A stretch of 64,000 bases of DNA from Camelus dromedarius. Its lineage: Eukaryota. Shown piece after piece: positions 11,484 to 22,910 of the stretch (position 1 is its first letter; every line of letters starts with the position of its first letter). The position numbers and the translations under genes were made by a program. The stretch lies in NCBI RefSeq assembly GCF_036321535.1, contig NC_087437.1, forward strand, positions 100,938,001 to 101,002,000, in the 5' to 3' direction. The notes below the pieces were generated by a model. The model searched no databases. It was not told the DNA's origin and saw nothing but the letters and a program-made list of their open reading frames with translations.

Positions 11484-12959
11484 CTGGAATAAAGTAAGTT
11501 TGATTCAAAATTAGAGCTTATGGTATAAATAGATCACAAAGAACTGAGTGCAGTTTGAATATTTATTCAGAGTATCTGATCTCTTAGAGTTTCCATTTCA
11601 TCCTATCTCATACTGAATGTTCCTATTATTTAATTGTTTCATTATTAGTTGATTGTGGTGCATTTGATGAATTTCCAGAATCTCTGTATATTCTCTCTAT
11701 AAAATTTACCTATGCAACATGGGGGTAGTAAAGATACCACATAATAGGATTGATGCCAGGAGTAATTTGTTGATAAGAAAAACACCTGTTTTAGCTAATC
11801 TGAATTAGACAAAGATCCAAAACCGTCTCTTTTCCAGCAGCTGTGCCAGAGGGGACCAAACCATCACTAGAAGGGGCACGTAAGCCCTTTGGCTGTAGCA
11901 CTTTAGTTCAGCAGCACTTCCTACTGAACAGGCACCGTACTACACACAGGAGACCTGGTGAAAGTAAACTGTGCTCGACGAACCTGTACTATAGAGAAAA
12001 GGAACTCGAGGTCCTCGATTTAGTATCTTCCATTACAAAATCAAAACAAAACAAAACACATCTGCATGTTTTAATATACTTGATTCAGAAGCAAATCTCT
12101 ACTGACTGATCTCATTCTGGAGCAAAACTATTTGAACTGGCAACAGGTGATATAAAATTTGCCTTTATTCCACTTAAAATGGATATTTATATACCGATCA
12201 GCTTTCTAACATCTAAAGTTTTCTGAATTCCAAAACATATTTAGCCTCATGGTTTACAGATTAGAGACTGCAGATCTGGATGGGTCTGACAAATTACTAT
12301 TGTTTTCAACGAAAATAGGACACAGTGTAAATGTCTGTTGAATTAAGTTGAACGAAGGATAACCAGAATGGAAAATTTACAATAACCTAACACTCATGGA
12401 CATTATTGCCTTGCTATTATTTTTGATGCCCTGTATCTCTTCCCCTTTGATTTATTTTTATCTGAACACTATTTATCATTTAAAAAATGAGGTTTTTTTA
12501 AAAGTAACAGGGATGAGTCAAACTCATTAGCCTCTCTTTTTACTTCCTCTCCTTCTTTTAAGTCCTCAGTTAGAGACTGGACTTGCCACTCAGTTAGGTA
12601 ATCTAATAATCTCTACGATTCTATCAGAAAGCAATGAGCATCACTCTCCAATGGAGGGTTTCTGCAAAGTCTGGTTGTGCTTGGCCAATGCCAAAAATGT
12701 CATCAGAGCCACGAACGTTTATGAATGCCAATATTTTCAGAACCCTTTTGATATTTGATACTTTACAAACTTTTTATCACTGATATTTTTCTCCAAATAC
12801 AGTTTTCCATATTTCACTTTTCTTATGTAAATGTGTTACCTCAGGCAATAAGACAGGTTCCTGAAGTCCAGGGTGATCCCACTGCCTCTCTGGTATATAG
12901 CTAGAATTTTCATTTCATAGCTTAATGAATCAAAGAAATCAAATAATGTTCACAGATAC

Positions 12960-13111
12960 CTGTGATATCGATGCTGTTCACATCAATATGGAAAGTGACC
13001 AGTTGGCTGGATTTATTTGCTTCAATGCCTTGAATCAGTTCTTCTTTTACATTTTCATCTGACACCCATTGGAAGAAGAGAAGGTCAAATATGACTATGA
13101 TGCTGCCATTT
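12960..13111 (-). CDS. TMPRSS15: TMPRSS15 exon 4 (152 nt): SEA domain C-terminal part, including the G-SIIV cleavage motif
   Basis: Acceptor cttggcag|A; (E)NGSIIVIFDLLFFQWVSDENVKEELIQGIEANKSSQLVTFHIDVNSIDIT; donor G|gtatct (phase 1); lies within ORF 12922..13203. Confidence 0.97.
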
Positions 13112-14714
13112 CTGCCAAGCAAAAAGTGATAGAAGAGAAAAAAGTCAGCCTCCTTCAAGTGGTTTGTGCCCAATTTATGCCAGGTGTCTTTGAAATTCTC
13201 CACAGTTATCCTCTTATTAATCCTTATTACACCTGTACAACGTAGGGCACGTCAAATATCATCTATGTTTCACAGGTGGAAGAAAAAGAAAAGACTAAAT
13301 GTTTCTCCAAGAATACAAAAACATAGTCAGAATTAGAACCTGATACCCTGACACTTCTGAGTCCCACATCAGCACACTAATCGCTAGGCCAGGCCAGAGT
13401 CATTTATGTCAAATTAAACAAAATCACATGGTATCATGACATTTATTTTCACTTTACTGTTTCAAAAAAGTGAAGAGTGCGGATCCTTCATTTTTAACAT
13501 TTGACTTCTAAGTAGGAAGAAGTCTAAAGTAGATTCACCGATTTCAAAGAAAATTTTTCTATATAGTTAATGAAGGCCTGAGATTTAGCTTACAGCAACT
13601 GACTTATATCTACTTTTTCTTCTCTATTTTTAATAAAAATATAGAAATACACCCTGATTTCAAAGGGTAGAAAGAAGACAAGCATAAGTGGGTTATTGGG
13701 GATGTATGGGATTTTCAGTCTCATGGTCAAAGGCTGGGATTATCTTGCCTACATCACCTCTGACCATAACGTTAGAGTTCAGTTACGTGGCCCAAGTTAT
13801 CTTCCCTTTTACTTCATCTTCTCTGAAACATGCATTTTAAAAGTTTTCTTCAGTGGTAATTTGTTTATACTTTAAAGAATCATAAAAATGCATAAATTTT
13901 TGACCCAAGAGGGATACTTGAGAGATGTGCCCTCTTCTGTCTCCATTTCTACTTTGCTACTGTGCTTTTAGGCTACAACCACTTTGGAGACAAACTCCAG
14001 CTCTCTGGTCTTCATTCTGCACCCCTCAGGAAGCTGGGGGAGCTCAGGGTGTACTTGGATCCTTAAGAGGCAGACTAAGGAGAACAAAATTTTGCCTATA
14101 GTTATGTTTGCTGGTTCTGAAATGTAAGCAATTAGATTCATATCCTTGTGATATTTGTAAGATAAAGAGTTTCTTGAAGGTCTTCATCAACTCCTAAAGA
14201 GTCTGTATACCTGTCTTAATAGAGCCTATAGTAAATGTCTTTTTCCCTTCATGACTATATACAGGATCAAAATGCTCCTGAAAGATTGTAGTGGGTCAGC
14301 ATTTACACTCAGTAGAATATTCTTTTTTAGTTTCTGTGCTAATTTTCAGGTTCAGTTTAGCAGAAGTGATTCCCTTAACAGTATACTCTGATCAATAATT
14401 GCACATTTCACCTCTATTAATAATTTTAAAATGTTAGAATGTTAACTTTTCAATCATTTGATTAAATCATAGTAACCAAATCTTGTAAATGACAAGGCTT
14501 CTTAGTAACTATTTAGTTCAGGGTTCCCCAGATTTATTGACCTGTCGAATCTCTTGTCCTTGACAAGATAGACTTTGTCATAGACAATGTTTTTATCTAC
14601 TCTTCCACACTTGTTAATTTTTCCGTGCTAGACAGTCCCTAATTTTATTTGAGAATAACTCTCTATTTTGTCACGGCTTCTCCAATCATTCTTTGTGTCA
14701 ATGATGGTTTTATT

Positions 14715-15105
14715 CATAGGTGTATGACCAGGCCCTGGTTGGTGAAATAGGAGGGGGCACTGATGGGAAATGTCTGGGAAACATTTCCATATTTAATAAA
14801 ATAAAGACCTGTGGTGGACTACTACTCCTCTTCCTTGAATGTCAATACGTTTAGATGCGATTGTCAGAACGGTTACATTTATTTTGGGGCCATGAGGCAA
14901 GCTCTGATTGACAAGCTAAAGATAGCATAGAGAAAGAAGGAAAACACCTAAATTCTTAATTGCGTCACTGTCGTTGTACCACTGAATTAACCTCTGATGA
15001 AACCTCCAGATTTGTTGCGATGTCAGACGATAAACAATTATTGTTCAAGGCACTTTTATTGTCATGTGTCCTGTTAAGTGCAATTTAAAAAATCCTAACT
15101 GGCCC
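14715..15105 (+). mobile_element. Old MaLR (MLT1-like) LTR fragment
   Basis: tgtatgacc...ccatgagg...acctccagattt...aatcctaactg motifs; boundaries approximate. Confidence 0.5.
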
Positions 15106-16731
15106 ACAACTCTCAGGCTTCATCCCACATTTAAAATGAAGCTCCAGAAAAAAGAACTGACTCCATTTTTACATCTGATGTTGGCCGACTTTGTAGTTTC
15201 AGCAATAAGGAGAATGGGACTCAGAATAATGCAATTAACTTTGCCTAGAGTTATACAGCTTATTAGTATCAGAGAGAGGAATTAAACACAAAACCTCTGT
15301 TTCCCAGATGTGTTTTTATATAGTTCCCATCCCCCACCCCTATAACCACCTCTGTCAACACCATTATGAACTATTTTGCAGTTGGAAAGACAATACAACA
15401 CATTTGCCCACGTGTGCAGGTCCAGGTTTTAACTATCTTACTTTGTTGCTAGAACTTTATATCCAAATAGATCGGGAAAATATCTGGGTGAACTCTTGGG
15501 GGGGAAGAAATAGATATTTTATTGCTTCCCTACTTTGGCAAAAGAGCATCTTCCCTCGCCTTTCCCTTGCTCCCTCCCTCTCCCCCTCCTCTTTCTCCTC
15601 CTTTACTCCCTTCTTTTTCTGCTTGTCCTCCCTCCTTCTCCATAACCCCTTCTTCTTCTTCTTGTCTCCTTAGCCACCCTCACACCCCAAATTCTTAAAT
15701 GGACAGAGTTAAATATGGTTAAAATAAAGTGAGGTGAACAATGTTCATTAGTTGCTCTGTCTTCAAGTCCACATATTCCTCTCATCCTTGGTTGCATAGC
15801 AGATAGTTTTAATTCTGATTAGACTGGATTTTTCTCTTTGTGTAACTTTCTCTTTGTGTAATATTTATTTGACTGAAAACTTGCCTTTATTTCATTTGGC
15901 TTAGGGAGTAGAAGAGGTAAGGTAATTTCAGTAGAGAGAGTGCAAATCTGGAATTTTCTTTCACTGAGTTGAAAGTAACTGAATTAGCTCATCCTCAGGC
16001 ATAATGAAACATCTCTGCATGAAAGATGTTTTCTTAGTTGTGAATTATACATCGTATTTAATAATTTACACTTTGCAAGGACAGGAGTTACATATCCTAT
16101 TATCCACATACAGTTGTATTCTCTTAAAATTTATTTCTTATTCAGTGTTTATGTTGAGATAAGACAGCTACATAGTAGAAATCAGGAAAACCATAATAAG
16201 CGTTTGTGTTTCACCTAATAAGAAAGCTAAAGCTTTTATTTCAGTAGTTTAGCAATGATCTCTATCACTGCTGTGAGGTTGGATTTATTTATTACGGTAA
16301 TGAGAATTCTTCTTTTAGGGAAAGAAAAAAGAAACAATGGCCATTTTCATTTTCATTTCAAAGTACTTGTTCCAGTGGAATCACTGAGTCTTTTTCTTTC
16401 TTTTTTTTTTTTTTGAGCAGATAAATCCTATCATTATACAGAAAGCCTGCGTACAATAAATCAAATGTTTCTTATCTCTTATTTTCCTTAATGATATTGA
16501 TAACCTCTAGGGCTGCTGAATAAACAAAAGTCTTTCTTTTCCTAACTTTGTGACTCATCTGTGCTCAAAGGGCAAAATCAGCTTCGTATTGCCACAAAGG
16601 GTAAACAGACCTTTATTAAAGGAATCGACTGCTAACTGCTCTTTGAGTCAAAGCGCTTTCCACAAAGCAGAATAACAGAAAGGGTTCCCAGAGGAGGGTA
16701 AACCATTTGCTTGTCCTGCAGTGGCTCTGTG

Positions 16732-16732
<1 letters not shown>

Positions 16733-16770
<38 letters not shown>
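16733..16770. repeat. (CA)n microsatellite
   Basis: About 19 CA units, seen directly. Confidence 0.95.
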
Positions 16771-16773
<3 letters not shown>

Positions 16774-18884
16774 TTTGCAGGGAGGCAAGAGTTGATGTTA
16801 AATAATATTTTTAAAAGGAAGAAGAGATAGATTAATGACCAAGTTTAGTATTCCGAGCAATTTGACTATATACACGTGCATGGGGTGTGATTTTCATTAA
16901 AATCAGTAACAAAAATGGAAATAGGTGCTTTAAAGGATTTTTAGATGTATTTTTCACAGTTGGTGTAGCTATTGTTAGTGGGAACTCAGTTATTTTCATT
17001 TTTTCATTTTATCAATTGGAGATTAAAATGAAAATAATTTATAAAGCTAATAGGCGTCTGCCACTTTCTTCTATGAGTGGAGTATGTCATTGTACATGCA
17101 ACTATTTAAAGTAAACCTAAATATTTGCTAGTTACTTTCTTTCCTGCCTCTGAATTTCTTTTCTTATCCTTTTCTTCTCAGTCTCCCAAAGTACATACCT
17201 GTAATTTATCTTACAGACATTTTCATGAAATTTCCTTGCATTGCATCTTTAACAACTCACTTCTGATTTAAAAGTAGTTCAGCTACAACTAGGTGAAAAT
17301 CTCTCTACACTGATGAAGTATATTATTTGAGTATCATTATAAAATATGTATCAAGTTTTAGGCTCTATATTGGTCTCCTAGGTAGCTGAAGGGAAAGAAA
17401 TAATTCTTGAGCTCAAATAATTTATAGTTTCAAATAAAGTGATTTTACCATCTAGAGAAATAAAAGATTACTTAAGTATCAAAGAAAATGCTGGGGTTTT
17501 GATAAACCACCAGACCTTGTACACAAGTCTATATTCAGCAAATTTTCCACTTTTAGAAAAGCAAAGTTATCTAGCATGTTGTAAACAGGAAAAGACAAAG
17601 GCTTCCATTAGGAAAACTATCCTAATAAACTCTGCACTAGATCCTGGGCTTTGCGTGGATTTCACTGGGCGGAGCCCAATGAGGGTGAGGCAGGTACCCG
17701 CAATACCTCTCCTTAAGGAAGACTACAAGCTTTGGGAACTAAATGCGAACTGATGCTTTAATATGGCTCTCCACACTCAATCTTCTCCAAAACCGGAAAA
17801 GAGAAATTGGTTCCACTCACTCCAAAGTAGCTAAATAGCTCTAAAAGTGAAATAAATTCTTGCATGTATGGTTCTGCCGTCACAGAATAAATGCTAAGTA
17901 AGTAGTTTAAAACAGCACTTTAAGAAAAACAAACTATAATAATAATACTAACCTTTCCTGAGAGCCCACATGTCTCCTTCTAGACCCGAAGTTAGGCCAG
18001 TAAAAGAGGCTGTCAGAGATTTTAATCCCTGGAAAACAGGAGTAGAAGCCTCTGTATTGTAGACAGGAATGAAGACTGCATGTAGATGGGGGAAGGGTTG
18101 ACTGGCTACTGACACTAAGGCATCACGAATATGCAGTGGGATAAAGGATGATAAATACAGATAGAGAAGTAGGTGAGAAAAAGAGACTTTTTTTTGGTAT
18201 AAAATGATGAAGCTTTGTGCTTTTCTTCATTATGGCTTCCACTGAGTGGATATGTTTTGTTCCGACAAGAAATTGCAAGCCCTAAAGTTTCCCTCTGCCC
18301 ATTAACTAATCCTCACTTGGCCTTCTGTCATTGCTTTTCTAAACATAACCTCTTCACTTTTGACTTGACCTCTTTACCTCTACTTGGTCACTAAGAACTA
18401 GGGACTCTTGCTAATGTCAGGACTCTTGTGAAGACTGTACACCAAGTGTCTTCAGTGCCAGGCTCCCTTGTTCAATGGTTTTTGATCTGAGATAAGAGAT
18501 CATCAGCCTTTCTATAAGAGAGGCTCTTTGCATTCTCCAATGACCTTGAGTCCCCTATGGCTCCCACTTGATGTACATTGAACATCACACTTCTATGCAA
18601 CTGCATTTAATCAGCTTCAGCCTTGTCCCTGTGTGTCTGCAAGACTTGAACTCAGGAGAAACATGTTAGCATGGGACCAACTTTCTAGAGCTATTAGTAT
18701 TATTTGCTACATATACAGAAGTTTCTACTGTCCCACTTTTCCCAATCCTCACAAAAATGTTGAAAATTCAACATGTTCCATTTTCTCCTAAAAATAGTGA
18801 CACTCTTTTACAAATATTAACAAAAGGTCACTATTTTGTGATACTGTGCTTTCTATCTAGCTAAAATTTTTGAGCTTTACTTAC

Positions 18885-18952
18885 TCAAATCGTAAAACTC
18901 TTGAGTTTTTATACTCATTTTTCAGATTACTTGATTGAAAGATCTCATCTAT
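18885..18952 (-). CDS. TMPRSS15: TMPRSS15 exon 3 (68 nt): SEA domain
   Basis: Acceptor gttttcag|ATA; IDEIFQSSNLKNEYKNSRVLRF(E); donor GA|gtaagt (phase 2); not in the ORF track. Confidence 0.96.
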
Positions 18953-19219
18953 CTGAAAACAGAAAAGTTTAAACAGGTATATTAAATCTAAGATTTCATT
19001 TAAAAATGTAAACAAAGTAATCTTTATATTCTGCTTAGAACTGGATTGGAGCAATTTCTTTCTCTGTGATAATGGGTCTCATACCTTTAAATATCCTAAG
19101 CATATTATATTTATTAACTAATTGTTTCAAAAAGAACAGGATCTGTATATCTTTTGGCAAGTAGTTAATAAAACTATGCAATGAAATTTTAAACTAGGTG
19201 AAAAGAGAAGGTCTCCTAC

Positions 19220-19350
19220 CATTTGCTGAATGTCAAAAGCAAGAACTTTGAAGTCCACTGAGAGTTTGTCTTGCAAATTAGGATTATATATAGCTCCAGA
19301 TGTTATTTTGAATGTCCCTCTGGTTTCATGACTTTTTCCAAATTCTGCAT
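19220..19350 (-). CDS. TMPRSS15: TMPRSS15 exon 2 (131 nt): SEA domain, N-terminal part
   Basis: Acceptor catctag|AT; DAEFGKSHETRGTFKITSGAIYNPNLQDKLSVDFKVLAFDIQQM; donor ATG|gtagga (phase 0); lies within ORF 19127..19378. Confidence 0.97.
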
Positions 19351-20504
19351 CTAGATGAATTAATAAGAAGCAAAACACTGAAAATATGAATTATGAATAA
19401 AGGAGAATATGTACCTGCTGGTTAAGACATGGAAGTAAAGTTCTGGCTTAATGTGTTGGCCCTGGAGTTCTTGTTTTTCCCTCTATAGTCATCATGTTTT
19501 ATAATCAGCTACTTTTTATTTTTTAAATTTTTAGGTATCTGGTTGTTTTAAAAGATTGAAAAATGAACTTCTTTATCCCATTTTTTTTCTTTTCTTTGAA
19601 GTCTAACCAACACTCCAAGCTTCCAAGTTTTTTTTTTTTTTTTTTTTTTCCGTTTTCTTTGTTATTGAGATTCCTATTGGAAGTTACAGGGATGATCAGC
19701 TTCCGCCAATTATGGGAACTCATTCAGGGAAACATGGTGAGAAATGTACCATTAAAAGTTTTGCAGTTGCTTTCAGATACTTCTTGAACACCTAGCATCC
19801 AGGGACACTGCTGGTTTCCGACATGTAGTTTGCTGTGAAGATTTTAGTGTGTGTGTTACTTTGAAACATAGCCTTGAAGTTGCTTCTTTCATCCTAATAA
19901 TTATAAAATTGGTATGTATGACCTTTTGCCATCAGATGGAGACTGTCATTACTGGAGAACTTATTGAGAATGCTGCAGACAATTTGTTATCTCAATATGA
20001 AAAAATGTAAGAAAAAAGCTAACAAGTTGAATATAAACATGAGTAATTAAATGTGCCATTAAGCCCAATACAATCCCTTTATCAGCATATTTTCTTTGAT
20101 ATATATTTATATTTAAAATGAATTGCTTCAGGTGAAACTCACACAATAATGAAATCATTAGTAAAGGTAGTCATAATGATACATTGACCAGGTATGAGAA
20201 CATGTTATTTCTTCTTATCCCAGATGGGGAAATTGGGATATAAATTCACTAAGAAAATTTCCCAAGATGATAAAAGTGACAGATCTGGAATTTGGACAAA
20301 GGACTGACTGACTTCAGAATCCATGATCTGTCATATATTGACACAAACCTCCTATTCCAGAAGGAACATTAGAATTAATATTTTAAACAATAAATGTATG
20401 CTTAGTCTGAACAGTTATCATTACACAATTGATGTAACATATTATTATTATACTATTTCATTTGTTTTTTAAATACTCAAAATTACATTAAGATTTGAGT
20501 ATTT

Positions 20505-20825
20505 AAAAATGAAAGGCAAGGAAAGACTGAGAAACTGTCACGGATTGGAGACTAAGGAAACATGAAAACTAAATTCCATGTAGGAATCTGCACTGGATTC
20601 GGAACAGGTAAAGGACTTTAGTGGAAAAACTGATGAAATCTGAATGAAGTGTGTGGTTCAGTTAATAATACTGTACCAGCTTTAATTTCTTGGTTGTGGC
20701 CATCGTACTACGTATATACAAGACATTGACATTAGGGGAAGCTGGATGAAGGTTATAAAAGAACTCTACAATTTTTGCAGCTTTTTTTTAAAGTCTAAAA
20801 TGATTTCCAATAAAAAGAGTTAAAA
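20505..20825 (+). mobile_element. L1MC-like 3' end fragment
   Basis: gaaagactgagaaactgtcac...ggagactaagga...ggggaagctggatgaagg...tctaaaatgatttccaataaaaag. Confidence 0.75.
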
Positions 20826-22020
20826 GTGTATTAAAGTAAAAGTGTGTATTAAAAGTAGTATGTCTTGTGTCCTCTGGTGTTCTATTCTAGACTTATCTCA
20901 AATCCCTTTTTATATTCAGTAGTTCACAATTAAATCATATTAATATTTATAAGTATTTTCTATTTTACTGGTAAAATAATCAACCTCTGTATTTTCACTG
21001 AGCATCAAAGATTCTAATGGACTTTCAAATGGTTACATATCCTTGAAGTTATTCACAGCATTTAAGTAAGACCACAGCAGCTACTTTTCTAAAAGTCTCC
21101 AGGAGCCTCTATAATTTATTTAATTGTTCATATAATTACATAAAATATCCACAAGCCTTCTTTCTCTTTAAAATGGACCCCTTGCATATAGCTATAGTAG
21201 TTAAATAAACCAGGGATTATATTGGAATTATTTTATAAAACTATAAATTACATTTATTATATTCTAACTTAAACTTACTTATTTACTTGGCGAAAAGAAC
21301 CAACTCAAAGGCGGAGAATTTTCTTGGTAAAACCAAAATCACTCACATAAAAAGGTTTGGCCCTGTGAGTTTTCAGAAGGAATTAATATGCCCATATATA
21401 ATTCATCATTTTAAAAGAATGCAAACATTTTCTGAGAAAAAATAAATCCAGGTTTTTGCTATGCTGCCATTAATTTAAAAAATTATCCTATAAATGAATA
21501 AATGGTAAATAAGGGCACAAGTTCTGAAGTTGGATTGTCTAGTTTGCACTACCTAGTCATGTTTCAGATTTAAACAAGTTACTTAAAATTTGTCACTGAT
21601 TTTTCACATATCAAACGATGGTGACAATAATAACTAACTCATAGATTTGTTGTAACAAGAGAATACAGTTGAAGATCTTTGAAAGCAGTTGGTACAGGTA
21701 ATTTAGCTCTAAATAATAGTTACCTTTACTTATTTTTTTCTGTCAATCACAAATTGCTACTCAGGCAGCTTGAGATCTTTTAAGTCCATGATTACAACCA
21801 AATTCCCTTACATTGTTGCAATTCAAATTGTTGTACTAATAAGAGAAAGAAGATACAATTCTCCAGAAATAAAGAACATTATTTTTCTTTAACTTGGCCT
21901 ATTTATCAGCTTCTATAGTGAACAATGTTTGATTATGTTTATGATTTACATCAGAACAGATCCCTGGGCTATGTTGAAATTGAGAAACTTACCATTTTTT
22001 AATTTTCAAAACAATCTGGC

Positions 22021-22145
22021 AGGGAGAGTTTAGTTCATGGTAGAGTGTGTGCTTGGCATCCACCAAGTCCTGGGTTCAATCCCCAGTACCGTGATTAAAA
22101 ATACATTTAATTAATTAATTAATTAATTAATCCCCCCCCCCCCCA
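22021..22145 (+). mobile_element. tRNA-derived SINE, camelid (vic-1-like) type, in TMPRSS15 intron 1
   Basis: A-box-like tagttcatggtagag, B-box ggttcaatcccc, (TTAA)n tail followed by a C-run. Confidence 0.85.
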
Positions 22146-22424
22146 AGAGATACAAAGTGGCTGAATGGATTGGATTAAAACCAACAACCAACCAAACAAA
22201 AACTTAGTCTCAGGCATGAATTCTGAATTAAATTCCAAATTATATACAAACTGTTTTTCCCTTTAATATTCTATGAAGTGAACTACAGTGGAGCATCTGA
22301 AAGCAATATAAATACCTTGTCACAAAAGCACAGCAATGAATACAATATACTGGCAGGATTCCTGAGATTAAAGTGTGTACATTCATCTGAGAGCACCTTT
22401 AGTGGCCAGCTCCATGGGACTTAC

Positions 22425-22569
22425 CTCCTTCTGATCCCTTGATTCCCAGCCAGGACACTGCGATTAAACCAGCACAGAGCACCACCAACATGACAAAGAG
22501 AGCTGCAAACATGACCTCATAGGTGCTGAGAGAATGGTGCCTTGCAACTGCCCTTCGCTTTGACCCCAT
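22425..22569 (-). CDS. TMPRSS15: TMPRSS15 exon 1 coding part (145 nt): cytoplasmic tail and type II signal-anchor helix
   Basis: ATG at 22569 in context GCCAAAAATGG; encodes MGSKRRAVARHHSLSTYEVMFAALFVMLVVLCAGLIAVSWLGIKGSEG; donor G|gtaagt (phase 1). Confidence 0.96.
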
Positions 22570-22910
22570 TTTTGGCTTTTGAAGGTGGTGCTACTCTAAG
22601 AACTCTGAGAGAGCAGAGAATCTGGCATCAACTGCAGAGCAAAACCTCTCAAGTTTTCAAAGAAGATTTGTGACACAACAAGTCTACACTAGTCTTCCTA
22701 CTCCAGTGTAACTGAGTTGTGTATGTCCCTTTGGGAACATTACGTCTCTATACATTAAGTAGTGTTGTAAGCTCAGTTAATCTTTAAGAAGATATTAGTG
22801 AGTGAAGGAGTGCTTAGAGTTGTAAATGTGAATCACCTCAACAGGCCAGATGTTGAGATGAATGAAATTAAATACATGTTGTAAACAAAAATTATACTTT
22901 ATCATTCTGA
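22570..22910 (-). promoter_or_regulatory. Putative TMPRSS15 5'UTR and proximal promoter with HNF1-like, forkhead and GATA motifs
   Basis: Repeat-free sequence directly upstream of the ATG; GTTAATCTTTAAG 22776-22788, TGTAAACAA 22880-22888, TTATCA 22899-22904. The TSS cannot be placed from sequence alone. Confidence 0.55.

Larger units (their letters stand above)
1..22569 (-). other. TMPRSS15: TMPRSS15 (enteropeptidase) gene body, 5' part (coding exons 1-7); continues beyond the left edge
   Basis: Spliced translation MGSKRRAVARHHSLSTYEVMFAALFVMLVVLCAGLIAVSWLGIKGSEG-DAEFGKSHETRGTFKITSG...FENGSIIVIFDL...ASLENFSTISPATTS-DKLTTRSPLPTQ-GNISIECPPDSRPCADALKCIAIDLFCDGELNCPDGSDEDHKIC closely matches the bovine/porcine/human enteropeptidase N-terminus as I recall it. 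Phases are consistent across 709 coding nt. The CUB, MAM, SRCR and protease exons were not found in the window. Confidence 0.97.

Noticed and set aside
22021..22090. tRNA gene (also 48560-48637)
   Set aside because: A/B boxes are present but followed by SINE tails, with a TSD in the second copy; these are SINE heads
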